Assembly: GCA_002938195.1 (NCBI GenBank)
Contig: PTKX01000002.1
Span: 248-64,247, forward strand
Direction: 5' to 3'
Length of the DNA stretch: 64,000 nucleotides
From: Alphaproteobacteria bacterium MarineAlpha5_Bin7
GTDB taxonomy: Bacteria > Pseudomonadota > Alphaproteobacteria > HIMB59 > GCA-002718135
The notes below the pieces were generated by a model. The model worked only from the letters and a program-made list of their open reading frames with translations. It was not told where the DNA came from and did no database searches. Both the position numbers and the translations under genes were made by a program. Below are positions 19,847-30,345 of this stretch, in pieces. Every line of letters begins with the position of its first letter. The first letter of the stretch is position 1.

Positions 19847-20710
19847 TTAAATAAATTTTAAAACCAAATCTCTAGTATTTTTTATATATTCCCTACTCCA
19901 CAAAAAAACATTAAGTAAGCAGTAATAAAGTTGATAAATTTCCTCATATTCTTTGTATTGTTTGTCAATTTTTATTTTTTCAGAATAATAGTTTAAGAAA
20001 TCATCTGAGACATATTTAAACCAAGTTAGATAAGCCAATTCCATTTCATTATGTGCAAAATGGATACCAGGATCAATTAAACCTTTTAATTTTCCATCAT
20101 TGAATAAAATATTTCCCTCCCACAAATCTCCATGAATTAGTGAGGGTTCGGGGTTTTTTGGAATTAAATTTTGAATATTTTTGATTATATTTTCTATTCC
20201 CCTGTTAATATCGCCTGGCATTGATTCGTTTTTATTGATCAATTCGTAAATCATATTAAGTCTGTTTTCTGCGTAAAATTTTGTCCAATTATCTAAATAT
20301 TTAGAAGGTTGTTTTAACCCCCCTATTGGTGTGTCAAAATCAAAACCAAAATTGGAATTTTTTATACTGTGTATTTGGACAAGTATGTCAGCTAGTTTTT
20401 TTTCATAATTATCACCTTTAATATTATTGTGTTTTATAAAGCTCATAACTAGCACTTCATTATTTAAAAAAATAACTTTAGGAAAAAAATTTGGAAACTT
20501 GAGATATAAATATTTTAGTGATTTTCCCTCACTAATTATTGCATTATAATTACTATTTTTTTTTGAGTAATATTTAAAAATATACGTGTTATTATCTTCA
20601 AATAATATTTTTTCACAAATCATACTAAATGATTGAGATAATATATTGCGATCAAGTATTTTTTTATCCCTTAAAATATCGATCTTACTTAAAATATTAT
20701 CATTTCTCAT
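19847..20710 (-). CDS. fructosamine kinase family protein
   Basis: 287 aa. PSLIHGDLWEGNILF and LIDPGIHFAHNEMELAY match the fructosamine/ketosamine-3-kinase catalytic region. Confidence 0.75.
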   Translation of the reverse strand: MRNDNILSKIDILRDKKILDRNILSQSFSMICEKILFEDNNTYIFKYYSKKNSNYNAIISEGKSLKYLYLKFPNFFPKVIFLNNEVLVMSFIKHNNIKGDNYEKKLADILVQIHSIKNSNFGFDFDTPIGGLKQPSKYLDNWTKFYAENRLNMIYELINKNESMPGDINRGIENIIKNIQNLIPKNPEPSLIHGDLWEGNILFNDGKLKGLIDPGIHFAHNEMELAYLTWFKYVSDDFLNYYSEKIKIDKQYKEYEEIYQLYYCLLNVFLWSREYIKNTRDLVLKFI

Positions 20711-20713
20711 TCT

Positions 20714-21709
20714 TTATATTATTTTTGCAAAAATATTCCCCACTCTTTTTTTAGCATGATTAATTATATTTATATTATTCCAATGCTTAAGCTTTTCTTT
20801 TTCATACTTATTTAATAAATTTAATTTAGAAAAAACTTTCATCGCTACGGGCGGTATTGCTCTTTCATTTCCATCTGCAATTTTTATGACTCCGCCAATA
20901 TTTTTTTTTACATGAACAAATAATAATACACCTTCTGCCCCACCTTTGCAGAAAATATTACTTTTAGTAAACTTTATAACCTCACTATCAAATCTATTCG
21001 TGCCACCAATAAGCAAAGGAAATTTATGAATAGAGTTTAAGAGAAGATTAATTTGTTTTGAAATTTTACTTTTACTATTTTTTTCATTTATTAAATTAAT
21101 CATACCACTTGCTAAATAATTCATTCTAAAAGCATATTGTGGCGCACTACAACCATCAACACCTATTGTTTTTTTAATTATTTTAGTTCCCATAAAATAT
21201 TCTAAGGAACTTCTAATTAATTTTTGATAAGGGTGATTAAAGCTTATATAGTTTTTTATTGGTATGCCTCTAGCCATACAACCAGTTATCATTGCCAAGT
21301 GTTTTCCAGCGCAGTTATTATGTAATTGTGAAGGGGTTTTTCCTGCAAGAAGCAACTTATTTGAGGATTTAAGGTTTATAGGGTTATGAATTCCACATTT
21401 TAAATTATTTATAGAAATGTTTGTTTTTTTTAACCATTCCTTTAGTGCCTTTATATGCATTGGCTCACCACAATGCGATGAACATGAAATAGCTAAGTAT
21501 TTAGGGTTTAAATTGAATATTTTATGCGCGTTTGAACTTATAAAAGGCATTGCTTGAAAAATTTTAATAGCTGAGCGGGGAAAAACCAAATCTTTTTCAT
21601 GGCCAGTAGTCAATACTGTTTTAAGATTAGAATTTTTTACCAGACACTTAGCATTGTGCACACTTTCAATGATTTCACCGCGTTGTATAAATGTTTTAAG
21701 TGTGATCAT
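20714..21709 (-). CDS. asparaginase II family (PF06089-like) protein
   Basis: 331 aa. FPRSAIKIFQAMPF, SCSSHCGEPMH, NNCAGKH and VDGCSAP motifs as recalled for the Asparaginase_II family. Confidence 0.7.
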   Translation of the reverse strand: MITLKTFIQRGEIIESVHNAKCLVKNSNLKTVLTTGHEKDLVFPRSAIKIFQAMPFISSNAHKIFNLNPKYLAISCSSHCGEPMHIKALKEWLKKTNISINNLKCGIHNPINLKSSNKLLLAGKTPSQLHNNCAGKHLAMITGCMARGIPIKNYISFNHPYQKLIRSSLEYFMGTKIIKKTIGVDGCSAPQYAFRMNYLASGMINLINEKNSKSKISKQINLLLNSIHKFPLLIGGTNRFDSEVIKFTKSNIFCKGGAEGVLLFVHVKKNIGGVIKIADGNERAIPPVAMKVFSKLNLLNKYEKEKLKHWNNINIINHAKKRVGNIFAKII

Positions 21710-21749
21710 AATGTGTTATACCAGAATAAACAAAACAAATTAAGTACAC

Positions 21750-22217
21750 ATGAAAAAATTTTTTTTCTTTTTTTTCTTTTCTTTATTTATTTTAAAATCT
21801 AATTTATCCTTTTCTGAGTTGGTGGAAGGTAAGTGGGTCTTCACCAAAGACAATGATTACTGTTATATAGGTAGTTTACCTACATTATTAGATGTTCCTG
21901 AAGGAAAGCAGAGAGGGGATGCTTATATACTTGTTTATAGAATTAATAAGAATCCTGAAGCAATAGTCCAAATTAATGCTGGGTATCCATACAAAGATTC
22001 CGAACCAGTAATAGTTAATATAGATAAAATGTCATATGAATTTTATTCTCAAGATGATTCGGCATGGACAGATTCTGATAGTAAAATTATTTACGCAATG
22101 AAAAAAGGAATAGATTTAATAGTAACTGGCGTCTCTTCAAGAGGGACTAAAACAGTGGATGAATACACCTTAAAAGGTTTTACAGATGCATACAACAAAC
22201 TAACCGATGATTGTTAA
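21750..22217 (+). CDS. secreted hypothetical protein, possibly IalB-like
   Basis: 155 aa. N-terminal signal peptide (FFFFFFSLFILKSNLSFS). Cys near the N terminus of the mature part and a terminal Cys. EYTLKGFTDAYNKL..C resembles the IalB-family C terminus. Weak, recall-based. Confidence 0.35.
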   Translation: MKKFFFFFFFSLFILKSNLSFSELVEGKWVFTKDNDYCYIGSLPTLLDVPEGKQRGDAYILVYRINKNPEAIVQINAGYPYKDSEPVIVNIDKMSYEFYSQDDSAWTDSDSKIIYAMKKGIDLIVTGVSSRGTKTVDEYTLKGFTDAYNKLTDDC

Positions 22218-22221
22218 TTAA

Positions 22222-23400
22222 TTGCCTAAAAAAATTGTTCTTGCGTATTCTGGAGGCCTTGATACCAGTGTAATATTAAAGTGGTTGCAATTAAATTATG
22301 ATTGCCCTGTTGCAACTTATACTGCTGATGTTGGTCAAAATGATGATTTTAAAGAAATTGAATTAAAGGCAAAAAGTGCTGGTGTAAAAGAAATATGCAT
22401 TGACGACCTAAAAGAAGAATTTGTTAATGACTATGTTTTTCCAATGTTTAGAGCTAATGCTGTCTACGAAGGTGTTTATCTTCTTGGAACGGCTATAGCA
22501 AGACCCTTGATCGCAAAAAAACAAATTGAATTTGCAAAAAAAATTGGAGCCGATGCAGTTGCACATGGTTCAACTGGCAAAGGTAACGATCAAGTAAGAT
22601 TTGAAATTGGTTATTACGCTACAGATCCAAATATTGAAATAATAGCACCTTGGAGATTATGGAATTTGAAATCAAGAGAAGATTTAATTGAATTTGCACA
22701 AAAATACCAAATTACTGTTCCAAAAGATAAAATTGGAGAACCTCCATTTAGTGTCGACGAAAATGTTCTTCACACTTCAGCCGAAGGAAAAATTTTAGAA
22801 GATCCTTGGGAATCTCCGCCAGAATATGTTTTTAGTAGAACAAAAAAAATAGAAGATACCCCCAATATTTCTGAAGATATAATTATTTCTTTTCAAAATG
22901 GTAATCCAATAAAAATTAATAATGAAAGTTTTACTGCTTTTGAAATTTTAGAGAAATTAAACTCTTTAGGATTTGAACATGGAATAGGTAGAGTAGATTT
23001 AGTAGAAAATAGATTTATTGGAATGAAATCAAGAGGTATTTATGAGACGCCTGGAGGCACTATATTGTTCCATGCCCATAGGGCGATTGAAAGTATTACT
23101 TTAGATAAGCAATCTACGCATGAAAAAGATTCAATAGTATCTCGTTATGCTGAATTAATATACAATGGTTTTTGGTTTGGCAAAGAAAGAAAAGAATTAC
23201 AAAAGATTGTTGATAGAAATCAAAATCAAGTTAATGGAGATGTAAAGCTAAAACTTTTTAAAGGAAATGTAATTATAATGGGAAGAAAATCAAAAAACAG
23301 TCTATATGATTTATCAAAAGTTTCTTTTGAAAAAAATAATGCACAAGATCAAAAAAAGGCTAGTGAATTTATAAAGTCGCAATTTTTAAAAATAAATTAG
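22222..23400 (+). CDS. argG: argininosuccinate synthase
   Basis: 392 aa with a TTG start. [22 protein letters not shown] and [10 protein letters not shown]. Confidence 0.95.
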   Translation: MPKKIVLAYSGGLDTSVILKWLQLNYDCPVATYTADVGQNDDFKEIELKAKSAGVKEICIDDLKEEFVNDYVFPMFRANAVYEGVYLLGTAIARPLIAKKQIEFAKKIGADAVAHGSTGKGNDQVRFEIGYYATDPNIEIIAPWRLWNLKSREDLIEFAQKYQITVPKDKIGEPPFSVDENVLHTSAEGKILEDPWESPPEYVFSRTKKIEDTPNISEDIIISFQNGNPIKINNESFTAFEILEKLNSLGFEHGIGRVDLVENRFIGMKSRGIYETPGGTILFHAHRAIESITLDKQSTHEKDSIVSRYAELIYNGFWFGKERKELQKIVDRNQNQVNGDVKLKLFKGNVIIMGRKSKNSLYDLSKVSFEKNNAQDQKKASEFIKSQFLKIN

Positions 23401-24278
23401 CAAGAATTTTTAAATGCTATTGTGGTATTTCTTAATAAACAAGCAATAGTCATTGGTCCGACACCTCCAGGAACCGGAGTAATTGCTGAAGCATTTTTTT
23501 CAGCTTCTTCATAATCTACATCACCAACTAGTTTATTTTTAATCTCTCCATTTATATTCACTTCTATCCTATTAATACCGACATCAATAACCACGCCCCC
23601 TTTTTTTATCCAATCTCCTTTGATCATTTTAGGTTTGCCAACTGCCGCAACTAATATATCTGCATTTTTACACACATCCATCAAATCTTTAGTTTTAGAA
23701 TGTGCTATAGTTACAGTACATGATTCTTTTACTAATAGCTGAGCCATAGGTTTGCCAACTATATTCGATCTTCCTACTACAACAGCATTTTTACCAACTA
23801 AATCAATTCCAATATCCTGCAACATTATTAAACAACCATAAGGGGTGCATGGAATCAAAAGATTCTCATCATTTTTATTTGCTATAGAGAGCTTCCCAAC
23901 ATTAAGAGGGTGAAAACCATCAGCATCTTTGTCAGGATCAATAGAGTCTAATATCACTTGTTCATTTATATGGTTAGGCAAAGGTAATTGAACTAGAATA
24001 CCATTAACATTATTTTGCTTGTTGAGCTCATCAATGAGCTTTAATAATTGATCTTGAGAAGTTTTTTCATCTATATGATGATCAATTACTTCAATACCAA
24101 CTTCTTTAGCGCTTTTAGTTTTGGCTTTAACATAGACACTACTTGCGACCACATTACCAACTTGAACCACAGCTAATCCTGGCACCTTTCCGTAAGTATT
24201 TTTTAATTTATTTATTTCGTTTTTTAGAGAATCTCTCAGTTTTTGAGCAATTTCTTTTCCATTTATAATCATTGTCAT
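23397..24278 (-). CDS. folD: bifunctional methylenetetrahydrofolate dehydrogenase / methenyl-THF cyclohydrolase
   Basis: [33 protein letters not shown] and [13 protein letters not shown] 24278 (ATGA overlap with the yggT stop) is preferred to the track start at 24293. Confidence 0.9.
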   Translation of the reverse strand: MTMIINGKEIAQKLRDSLKNEINKLKNTYGKVPGLAVVQVGNVVASSVYVKAKTKSAKEVGIEVIDHHIDEKTSQDQLLKLIDELNKQNNVNGILVQLPLPNHINEQVILDSIDPDKDADGFHPLNVGKLSIANKNDENLLIPCTPYGCLIMLQDIGIDLVGKNAVVVGRSNIVGKPMAQLLVKESCTVTIAHSKTKDLMDVCKNADILVAAVGKPKMIKGDWIKKGGVVIDVGINRIEVNINGEIKNKLVGDVDYEEAEKNASAITPVPGGVGPMTIACLLRNTTIAFKNSC

Positions 24279-24562
24279 AAATTCCTCGGCCAATATTCAA
24301 TTAATAAGCTTTTTAAAAACCACAATAATAAATAAACAATTACAGGTGAAATATCTATAGTTCCGAAGCTAGGCACATATTTTCTAACAATTTTTAAACT
24401 TGGATCACATAAGCGGTGCATAGCTTCTATCAATGAATAAACAAAACGATTTGAAGTATTAATTATATTAAAACTGACTAACCACATAGAAATTATATAA
24501 ATAATTAATATAAATTGATACAGATTAATTATTTGAATAATAAGGCCTAATAACGAGTTCAT
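24275..24562 (-). CDS. yggT: YggT family membrane protein
   Basis: 95 aa with two hydrophobic segments. The N-terminal [22 protein letters not shown] and central [21 protein letters not shown] are typical of the YGGT repeat. Confidence 0.7.
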   Translation of the reverse strand: MNSLLGLIIQIINLYQFILIIYIISMWLVSFNIINTSNRFVYSLIEAMHRLCDPSLKIVRKYVPSFGTIDISPVIVYLLLWFLKSLLIEYWPRNL

Positions 24563-24608
24563 TAATTTTTATTAAATATTTTTATAATTTTTAAATTATT
24601 TTATTAAT

Positions 24609-24637
24609 AAAAAAAAGCGGCTGAAGCCGCTTTTTTT
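24609..24637 (-). terminator. rho-independent terminator (symmetrical, potentially bidirectional)
   Basis: A8-GCGGC-TGAA-GCCGC-T7, located 17 nt after the stop of the 24654..25487 gene on the minus strand. Confidence 0.8.
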
Positions 24638-24653
24638 ATTATTATAAATAATA

Positions 24654-25487
24654 TTACATAGAAATGTCTCTGCCGAACCATTGTTTCGTAATATTTGCTG
24701 TGGTGCCGTCAGCACTCATTTCAGCAATTACTTTGTTAAACATTTCTAAAATATCAGTATCTTCTTTTCTAACTGCTCCACCAACACCATCTCCAAACAC
24801 TCCGCCTGAAAATGTAGGACCTGTGAAAGCAACATCAACACCTCCATCTGATTCCATAAAATCAATTATTGAACCAACATCAGCTAATATTGCATCACAA
24901 CGACCAGCAGCTAAATCCAAATTATGATCATCAACGCTTTGATATAATTGTACTTCAACAGCGCCAGACATATGTTGTTCTAAAAAATTTTGATGAATAG
25001 TAGAAGATTGGACACAAACAGTTTTACCATCCATCGCCGCTATTAATTGTCCGATAGCTGCCTGTTCTTTTCCTCCAGCATTATTTAAGTTTACTTTTGC
25101 CATATCACCTATTGCTAAATTAGATAATCCGCTATCTTTTAATACTGCAAATCTAGCTCCATCAGTCATATAACCAGTTGTAAAGTTTACTTTTTCTTTT
25201 CTCTCTTCAGTTATAGACATTCCAGCAATTATAATGTCATATTTACCATTTAGTAAAGCTGGAATAATTCCATCCCAATCTTGAGTAACCCACTCACAAG
25301 TAACTGCCATTCTTTTACAAGCCTCGTTACCAAAATCTATTTCAGCTCCCTCTAAGTCACCAGCGGAATTAAGATTGTTCCAAGGTGGGTAGGCACCTTC
25401 AGTTCCAATACGAATTGTTTTTGAATATGCTAAATTTGTCAAACACAAAACTACTAGAGCAACAAAAGATAATAAAATTTTTTTCAC
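24654..25487 (-). CDS. periplasmic amino-acid/opine-type ABC transporter substrate-binding protein (family 3, OccT/HisJ-like)
   Basis: 277 aa. Signal peptide, then IRIGTEGAYPPWN and IIAGMSITEERK, typical of polar amino-acid SBPs. GTG start preceded by AAGGAGG. No adjacent permease or ATPase. Confidence 0.8.
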   Translation of the reverse strand: MKKILLSFVALVVLCLTNLAYSKTIRIGTEGAYPPWNNLNSAGDLEGAEIDFGNEACKRMAVTCEWVTQDWDGIIPALLNGKYDIIIAGMSITEERKEKVNFTTGYMTDGARFAVLKDSGLSNLAIGDMAKVNLNNAGGKEQAAIGQLIAAMDGKTVCVQSSTIHQNFLEQHMSGAVEVQLYQSVDDHNLDLAAGRCDAILADVGSIIDFMESDGGVDVAFTGPTFSGGVFGDGVGGAVRKEDTDILEMFNKVIAEMSADGTTANITKQWFGRDISM

Positions 25488-25584
25488 AAATCCTCCTTAT
25501 TTTTCATTATTAACGAATAAACTATATATTTAATAAGAAATAATAAATTTACTATAATTTAAATCTTAAAAATTGAAATAAGAA

Positions 25585-25983
25585 CTATTTAGAAATTCTA
25601 TTTTTATTTATACGAATAAATAGAAAAATAGCAGATATACAGAATATAAAAAAAGGAAAAATCCACAAAAACATGTTTTTTTTATTAAACTGAGGCTCAA
25701 ATAGAATATATTCCCCATATCTTGCAACTAGAAAGTCTAAAATTTCTTTTTGACTTTTACCTTTATTTAATTTGTTCATAATAATTTTTTTTATATCTTG
25801 GGCAAACTCTGTTTCAGAGTCATATATAGACTGATTTTGACAAGTCATGCATCTTAGTTTTTTTGTTATTTCTTCAAAATCTTCATCAACATTATTTTTT
25901 GCTTGTAAATGATTTGTATTTAAAGTGTAAATTATAACTAGTATTATAAATACAACTTTACTTGAGTAATGGTACAATTTCAT
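25585..25983 (-). CDS. ccmH: cytochrome c-type biogenesis protein CcmH
   Basis: 132 aa. Signal/anchor, LRCMTCQNQSIYDS (the LRC..C motif of CcmH/CycL) and a C-terminal TM segment. Confidence 0.85.
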   Translation of the reverse strand: MKLYHYSSKVVFIILVIIYTLNTNHLQAKNNVDEDFEEITKKLRCMTCQNQSIYDSETEFAQDIKKIIMNKLNKGKSQKEILDFLVARYGEYILFEPQFNKKNMFLWIFPFFIFCISAIFLFIRINKNRISK

Positions 25984-26488
25984 CTGTTAAAATCTTTTTT
26001 GTTATTGGTCCTATATGTTTATAAATTATTTTACCATCTCTGTTTGTAATAAATGTTTCTGGAAGACCAAACACTCCAAATTCTAAACCAACACTGCCTT
26101 TATCATCAAAACCAACATAATGGTAAGGATTACCATTCTCATTCAAAAATTCTACTGCATCTTTTTTTTTATCTTTAAAATTTACTCCTATTATAATTAA
26201 ATCTTTGTAATCATTTTGAATTTTAATTAATAAAGGATGTTCTGCCTTACATGGTATACACCATGAAGCAAAAAAATTAATTAAAAGTTTTTTATCGTCA
26301 AAATTTTGTTTTGAAAAAATTTCTTTATCATCAAATAAATTAACTAATTCAAACTCTGGTAATTCTTTGTTTAATAATACGCTAGGGGGTTTATTTGGGT
26401 CCTTATTCTCTATTATGAAAAAAAATACTTATACTGAAATTATAATTAATAACAACAATGGTGTTATCAAAATTAATTTTCTAATCAT
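25958..26488 (-). pseudogene. ccmG: thiol:disulfide interchange protein CcmG/DsbE interrupted by an in-frame TAA (26429-26431)
   Basis: ATG 26488 (ATGA overlap with the ccmF stop) gives MIRKLILITPLLLLIIISV, then TAA. The same frame then stays open through ...LINFFASWCIPCKAEHPLL...GVFGLPETFITNRDGKIIYKH... to the stop at 25958. The track lists only the last 62 codons, starting at an internal TTG. Confidence 0.85.
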
Positions 26489-28368
26489 TTTTTTAATCCT
26501 ATAAAGCCAGAAATAATCATTATAAAAGTTCCCAGCCATATTAGGCTCACAAGGGGATTTTGATAAAGTATAATACTCCATCTCTCATTATTATTATCCC
26601 CTAAAATCATGTAAAAATCTTGAAAGGGGTGATGATATATTCCCGCCTCAGTAGTAATTATTTTTGACACATCATAATATCGTTTTTCAGGTTCTATTTT
26701 CGATAAAAATTTATCCTTTTTGTACAAAATAAAACTGCCTATAATTGATTGAAAGTTATTTTCTTCTACAATATTCAGGCTCTCGAATTTTAATTCATAA
26801 CTTTTGAAATAGAAACTTTCTTCAACATTCATATTTTTTTTATATTCTGTTTTAAAAACTGTAGAACATGTAATCCCTAATATTGCTATTCCTACTCCTA
26901 AATGTGCAATAAATGCATTATTTTTTAATATAAAATTAAATTTTAAATTTTTTATATTTTTTAACAAATTTATAAATATAGAAAACAAAGAGGATATTAT
27001 TATCCAAACTGCAAGTAATATGCCTACAAATCCCCATACACTTGATTCTGAAATGAAAGAAAATATTAACACCACAAAGCTAATCAGAATGAAGAAATAA
27101 AGATAAAATTTACCGTTATTTAATTTGTTTGTTGTCCAGGATAATGCTGGAGCTACACTCATTAATAAAAAGCCTGGAAGTAAAATTGGTAAAACTGTTG
27201 AATTATAATATGGAGCGCCAACAGAAATTCTTTGATTGATTAATACCTCAATAATAATAGGATATAAAGTTCCTAGCAATATAGTTGAACAAGCTATTAT
27301 CATAACAAGATTATTTATAATTATTGCAGTAGTTTTATTAATGAAAAGAATGTTGATTTTTTCTTTATTTTCAGAGGACTTGATTATAAATATTAGAAAT
27401 GAAAATCCTACTATAACTAAGAAAATTATTAATATAAAAATACCTCTTGTATAATCTGCTGCAAATGTATGAACGCTAGTTAAAATACCAGATCTAACCA
27501 AGAAAGTTCCTAAAATACTTAAGGCAAAGCATAATATAGACAGGAAAATTATCCAATTTTTTAATATAATAGCTTTATTATTAATAATTAAGCTATGAAC
27601 TAAAGCTAATCCTGCAATCCAAGGCATAAGGGATATATTTTCTACAGGATCCCAAAACCACCATCCACCCCAACCAAGTTCATAATATGCCCAATATGAC
27701 CCTAAAACAATTCCAGCTGTTAACATAGACCAACAAAATAATGACCATTTTCTCAATGTTTTAATCCATTTGTTATCTAGTTGTCCCGCAAATAAACCAG
27801 AAAGAGCCAAACTCAAAATTATAGAAAAACCAACATATCCAGAGTATAGAATTGGTGGATGAATAGATAATGAAAAGTCCTGAAGTATTGGATTTAATCC
27901 CAATCCTTCCTCAACATTGATTGAATTCATTAAAAAGGGATTTGAGGTAAAAATCACATAAGCACAAAAAAGTAAAAAAAGTAAAGTTTGAAATAAAATA
28001 GTTAATTTTTTTAATTTTTCTTGTAAAATTTTATTAAAAGAAAATAAAAAATTATAAAGATTCATTATTAGAAGCCACAATAACATTGAACCCTCATGAT
28101 TTCCCCAAGTCCCCGTAATTTTATATAGTAAAGGCATTGAAGAGTGAGAATTTTGGAACACGTTATAATTTGAAAAATCAGAAATTATATAACTAGCCAT
28201 TAAAGATAAAAATGAAATTACTATCGATAAAAAACTTAAATAAACTAGATAATAAAATAATTTATTTTTTTTGAGATTATAAAAAAAAACTATACCTAGA
28301 CCAGAGATAAAAGATAGTAGTAAAAAAACAAAACCAATTTGAGATAACATCAATATTCTTTGTTCCAA
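26485..28368 (-). CDS. ccmF: cytochrome c-type biogenesis protein CcmF (heme lyase component)
   Basis: 627-aa polytopic membrane protein with the WGGWWFWDPVEN tryptophan-rich (WWD) motif. Confidence 0.95.
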   Translation of the reverse strand: MEQRILMLSQIGFVFLLLSFISGLGIVFFYNLKKNKLFYYLVYLSFLSIVISFLSLMASYIISDFSNYNVFQNSHSSMPLLYKITGTWGNHEGSMLLWLLIMNLYNFLFSFNKILQEKLKKLTILFQTLLFLLFCAYVIFTSNPFLMNSINVEEGLGLNPILQDFSLSIHPPILYSGYVGFSIILSLALSGLFAGQLDNKWIKTLRKWSLFCWSMLTAGIVLGSYWAYYELGWGGWWFWDPVENISLMPWIAGLALVHSLIINNKAIILKNWIIFLSILCFALSILGTFLVRSGILTSVHTFAADYTRGIFILIIFLVIVGFSFLIFIIKSSENKEKINILFINKTTAIIINNLVMIIACSTILLGTLYPIIIEVLINQRISVGAPYYNSTVLPILLPGFLLMSVAPALSWTTNKLNNGKFYLYFFILISFVVLIFSFISESSVWGFVGILLAVWIIISSLFSIFINLLKNIKNLKFNFILKNNAFIAHLGVGIAILGITCSTVFKTEYKKNMNVEESFYFKSYELKFESLNIVEENNFQSIIGSFILYKKDKFLSKIEPEKRYYDVSKIITTEAGIYHHPFQDFYMILGDNNNERWSIILYQNPLVSLIWLGTFIMIISGFIGLKK

Positions 28369-28790
28369 TAGTTTTTTTGCTTTAACTGTTTTTTTATTGA
28401 AGCAGGCATATAGTTTTCATCATGTTTAGTAAAAATTCTTGATGCAAGAAATTCATTTTTTCCCATTATTTTTCCTTCTATTACTACACCCTGACCTTCT
28501 CTAAATAAATCTGGCAATATACCAGAATATTTTACTTTTATTTCATTCTCTTTGTCAGTGACTATAAATTCATAATAATTATTATTCTTTTGTTTAATCA
28601 AAGATTTAGTTTTTATGTAGCCTCCAATTCTAATCTGCTCTTTTAAAATTTTGTCTGAATTAATTAATTCTGTTGGAGTTAGAAAAAAAACAAAGTTTTT
28701 TTTAGAATTAAATAGTATTAAAAAAATTGCTGACGCAATTAAAATTAACGAGAATATAATTATTATTAATCTTTGGTATTTAATTGACAT
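28350..28790 (-). CDS. ccmE: cytochrome c maturation heme chaperone CcmE
   Basis: 146 aa. N-terminal anchor, LFREGQGVVIEG and TKHDENYMP (heme-binding His motif). Confidence 0.9.
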   Translation of the reverse strand: MSIKYQRLIIIIFSLILIASAIFLILFNSKKNFVFFLTPTELINSDKILKEQIRIGGYIKTKSLIKQKNNNYYEFIVTDKENEIKVKYSGILPDLFREGQGVVIEGKIMGKNEFLASRIFTKHDENYMPASIKKQLKQKNYWNKEY

Positions 28791-28806
28791 TCTAACATTT
28801 TTTAGA

Positions 28807-28905
28807 TTATTTGCTTTTCTTTAACTTTATATAAGAGGATAATGTTAAAATAGCTAATAATATTAACGGCACAACATAAGCAAAAAAAACATACCAGAAA
28901 TACAT
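28807..28905 (-). CDS. ccmD: heme exporter protein CcmD (small, absent from the ORF track)
   Basis: Hand translation gives MYFWYVFFAYVVPLILLAILTLSSYIKLKKSK (32 aa). It is a single TM segment with a basic tail, positioned between ccmC and ccmE as expected for CcmD. Confidence 0.65.
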   Translation of the reverse strand: MYFWYVFFAYVVPLILLAILTLSSYIKLKKSK

Positions 28906-28972
28906 ATTCTTTTATTATCAAATTTTTGTTTTATAATAAAATAAATCACAGTGACTTTTAGTCACAATATAT

Positions 28973-29671
28973 TTATATTATTTTTTTTCTTTCTAAAATT
29001 TCTGCTTTTATTCTAATTATTGCTATTAATAATCCAATACTAATAAAAAAAATAGTCATAATAAACAATGGTTTCATCATACTTGGATCAATTGACGGGG
29101 AGGATATTTTACTAATACTAGCTGGTTGATGTAAAGTATTCCACCAATCAACTGAAAATTTAATTATTGGCAAATTTATAGAACAGATAATAATGAATAT
29201 GCTTGTAATTTTTTCTCCTAAGTTAATGTTGTTTGTGGTTTTTTTTAAAAAAATTATTATCAAGTACATTACAAATAATAAAGCTACAGAAGTTAATCTT
29301 GCATCCCAAACCCACCAAGTTCCCCACATTGGCTTGCCCCAAAGTGACCCAGTAAATAAGCATATAAAAGTAAAAGTTGCACCGATGGGTGCGACAGCAG
29401 AGTTCACTATAAAACCAAACGGAGTTTTAAAAGCGAGGGCTATTATACTGTAAATTGTCATTATTAAAAAGGTAAGCATAGCCAGCCAAGCAGAAGGTAC
29501 ATGAATATACATAATTCTTACTGTAGAGCCCTGTTGATAATCATCAGGAGAGACATAAAGAGCAAAAATTAACCCTATTATAAATGATATTATTGATATG
29601 AATATTAGAGGTTTAATTACAAAATTAGCAAAATTGATGAATTTTCCAGGATTAATAAAAATTTTAATCAT
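28973..29671 (-). CDS. ccmC: heme exporter protein CcmC
   Basis: 232 aa. WGKPMWGTWWVWDARLTS is the WWD motif of CcmC. Confidence 0.9.
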   Translation of the reverse strand: MIKIFINPGKFINFANFVIKPLIFISIISFIIGLIFALYVSPDDYQQGSTVRIMYIHVPSAWLAMLTFLIMTIYSIIALAFKTPFGFIVNSAVAPIGATFTFICLFTGSLWGKPMWGTWWVWDARLTSVALLFVMYLIIIFLKKTTNNINLGEKITSIFIIICSINLPIIKFSVDWWNTLHQPASISKISSPSIDPSMMKPLFIMTIFFISIGLLIAIIRIKAEILERKKII

Positions 29672-30345
29672 TAACTATTCCTAATCGCAATTTTGATACA
29701 TGCTGCGCATATCCATGGAGTTATAGATACAAATAATAACAATATACCAATTAAAAAACTTAATTGAGGTTTAATCAGCTCAGGTGGGGCTTTAATTATT
29801 CCAAAACTAAATATAATAACTGGAATGCTTAGCAACATAACTATTATGCTGGCAATTTCAATATTCCTATTATTTAATAAATTCAAAGAACCTGAGATAG
29901 AAGCTATTGATGTTAATATAGGTGAACCAATTAAAAAGGTTAGGAGTATTAAATATATATTATCATTTTGGATATTCAACATTAAGCAAGCAATAGGTAT
30001 AAATATAAAAAAGGGTATTTGTAAAAAAAACCAGTTTGTAATTAATTTAACTAACACAATTAACTCATAAGACATTCCACTCATATGTAAAAGATGAAGA
30101 TTACCATCTTTAAAATCATTTTGATAAAATCTTTTTATTGATAAATTATTACTTAATAATAATAAAGTCCAAATTATGCCTATGCCAATTTGTTGAAATA
30201 TTTCTTCATTTGGGCCAATTGAAAAAACAAAAATAAAAATCCCTAGTAAAAAAAATAGAATAATTGTTAATATATCATATAGATTTTTATAAGCTATTTT
30301 ATATTCTTTATAAAAAAGAGCAGTAATAGAATTAATTATTTGCAT
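29671..30345 (-). CDS. ccmB: heme exporter protein CcmB
   Basis: 224-aa polytopic membrane protein between ccmA and ccmC, with single-nucleotide and 14-nt overlaps to its neighbours. Confidence 0.8.
   Translation of the reverse strand: MQIINSITALFYKEYKIAYKNLYDILTIILFFLLGIFIFVFSIGPNEEIFQQIGIGIIWTLLLLSNNLSIKRFYQNDFKDGNLHLLHMSGMSYELIVLVKLITNWFFLQIPFFIFIPIACLMLNIQNDNIYLILLTFLIGSPILTSIASISGSLNLLNNRNIEIASIIVMLLSIPVIIFSFGIIKAPPELIKPQLSFLIGILLLFVSITPWICAACIKIAIRNS

Noticed and set aside
25958-26146. 62-aa track ORF treated as an independent small gene
   Set aside because: Its 'M' is an internal TTG (Leu) codon of ccmG. The frame is open for a further 94 codons upstream and encodes the CxxC thioredoxin core, so it is the 3' part of the interrupted ccmG.
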